A stretch of 36,883 nt of DNA from an uncultured Robiginitalea sp. (lineage in GTDB: Bacteria; Bacteroidota; Bacteroidia; Flavobacteriales; Flavobacteriaceae), in the NCBI GenBank assembly GCA_964514365.1, contig CAZEQO010000003.1, forward strand, positions 3,960-40,842. The letters are read 5' to 3'. Of this stretch, positions 35,855-36,883 are shown one piece after another (the first letter of the stretch is position 1; every line of letters begins with the position of its first letter). The notes under the pieces were generated by a model, which was given only the letters and a program-made list of their open reading frames with translations, was not told the origin of the DNA and made no database searches. A program made the translations under genes and the position numbers.

Positions 35855-36511
35855 TCAGTCATTTAGCAGATTTGCAATGATCAAAAAAGGTGCAAATTCG
35901 AGGGTGCAAAGGTACAAAATAAAATAAAATAAATGCGAGGCGATCAACTTTTGATGGATCTTCACAATACTGATCCAACCGATACAATTGATTAGGAAAA
36001 TGAGCCCAATACTTATTAATACCACGACTTTTGAGTCCTTTACCACATAACCCAACAAAAGATTGGCAAAGAACATGACCAGTGCGCTGTAATTCAGATA
36101 GGTCATCTTTTTAAAGACCAATGCGTTCGTAACCCTGCTGAATTCCAGAATCAATCCGCCGAGGAGTTGCATCCCGATTTTCATAAAAAAATATATGAGC
36201 AGCAGACCACCGGAAACCAAAAGCATGGCTCCGCCGGGACTCATCTGGGTGTCAAATAAAATCGAAAAAACAAATAGTGCAAAGAGGCTGAGGTTTAAAA
36301 ACATAAAAAGGCTCAAGGCGATATGGAACCCGTGGGTCAGCCTCCCTTTTTTATTGTAGAGAAAAATATACTTATTGTTAAAGGGGAGAATCATAAAATT
36401 CTGAAAACGGCTCAGAAAAAAGGCCCGGGCGAATACCAGGCAAAACAGGCTCATTACAAAAATGAGTGTAATCCAGTCATTTGTCGGGACTGCCCGTTGA
36501 ATTACTTCCAT
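35855..36511 (-). CDS. DUF4271 family membrane protein
   Basis: Multi-TM protein with DWIT near the N-terminus and C-terminal FYFILYLCTLEFAP. Confidence 0.82.
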   Translation of the reverse strand: MEVIQRAVPTNDWITLIFVMSLFCLVFARAFFLSRFQNFMILPFNNKYIFLYNKKGRLTHGFHIALSLFMFLNLSLFALFVFSILFDTQMSPGGAMLLVSGGLLLIYFFMKIGMQLLGGLILEFSRVTNALVFKKMTYLNYSALVMFFANLLLGYVVKDSKVVVLISIGLIFLINCIGWISIVKIHQKLIASHLFYFILYLCTLEFAPFLIIANLLND

Positions 36512-36883
36512 TGCGGTCTTATTCGTTGCGCCCTTCCGTTTAAACCAAAGGGCAGGCCATGTTCTGAAATCACCGCCCGCAGGTACACCGGATCTGCTTT
36601 CACAGGCTTTGGCAGGGTAAATCGAATCCTTACAGTGTCTCCGGGAACCAGCACCTTATTCGGGTCCGGTTGCCTATCTATCGGGCGCACTTCATTTAAA
36701 CGCTTTGAGGCATCTAAATAGGCGATTCCCAGACGCAGTGCTTTTAATGGAACGTTTTTTTGGTAAGGATTGTATATCCAAAAGGAATATTCCTTTCCGC
36801 CAACAAAAGTTTCCCCCTCGGGCAACCCCGCTTTCAAATCCCGGTAGGAGCTGAAATCCTCAATAAAACGTCCATACTTTTTG
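36502..36883 (-). CDS. C-terminal part of a gene starting outside the window; possibly an ArnT/GT39-like glycosyltransferase
   Basis: The frame is open to the window edge (KKYGRFIEDFSSYRDLKAG...) and overlaps the DUF4271 start. The product is guessed from recalled flavobacterial gene order only. Confidence 0.5.
   Translation of the reverse strand, partial: KKYGRFIEDFSSYRDLKAGLPEGETFVGGKEYSFWIYNPYQKNVPLKALRLGIAYLDASKRLNEVRPIDRQPDPNKVLVPGDTVRIRFTLPKPVKADPVYLRAVISEHGLPFGLNGRAQRIRPQWK

Noticed and set aside
1-36883. CRISPR arrays, tRNA/rRNA, IS elements, prophage or defence genes
   Set aside because: I saw no spaced direct repeats, cloverleaf motifs, or transposase/integrase/nuclease ORFs. The intergenic gaps are short and mostly explained. 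This was a by-eye scan, so weak repeats could be missed.

Overview
This is a gene-dense core-genome window from a Bacteroidota bacterium, most likely Flavobacteriaceae. That assignment is inferred from repeated TAnnTTTG -7 promoter elements, the lack of obvious Shine-Dalgarno motifs and the gene content. In order it holds: ahcY (partial), a 4'-phosphopantetheinyl transferase, an overlapping four-gene operon (YkoF/thiamine-binding-like, PnuC, NadR-type P-loop kinase, DUF4301), a TPP riboswitch with a TonB-dependent receptor, greA, HIT, an orphan histidine kinase, a flavin reductase, DUF3127, AtoE, aat, tag, a TetR-ABC-HlyD-TolC export operon, YitT, thioredoxin, a TonB-like protein, truB, uppP, ftsX, leuS, a broken alanine dehydrogenase, a Zn peptidase, Lrp/AsnC, saccharopine dehydrogenase, pckA, a HemD-like protein and DUF4271. 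I saw no rRNA, tRNA, CRISPR array or transposase. Best leads: (1) a possible vitamin/cofactor salvage system in which DUF4301 looks like a UDPGP-type nucleotidyltransferase coupled to PnuC and a stand-alone NadR kinase; (2) a type I export system whose only ABC ATPase has lost most catalytic motifs, with three phased candidate operators upstream; (3) three apparent internal deletions (DUF4301, a Rieske-like lipoprotein, ald), which may be real or assembly artefacts; (4) a terminator-like greA leader. Family assignments come from motif recognition by eye, not database searches.
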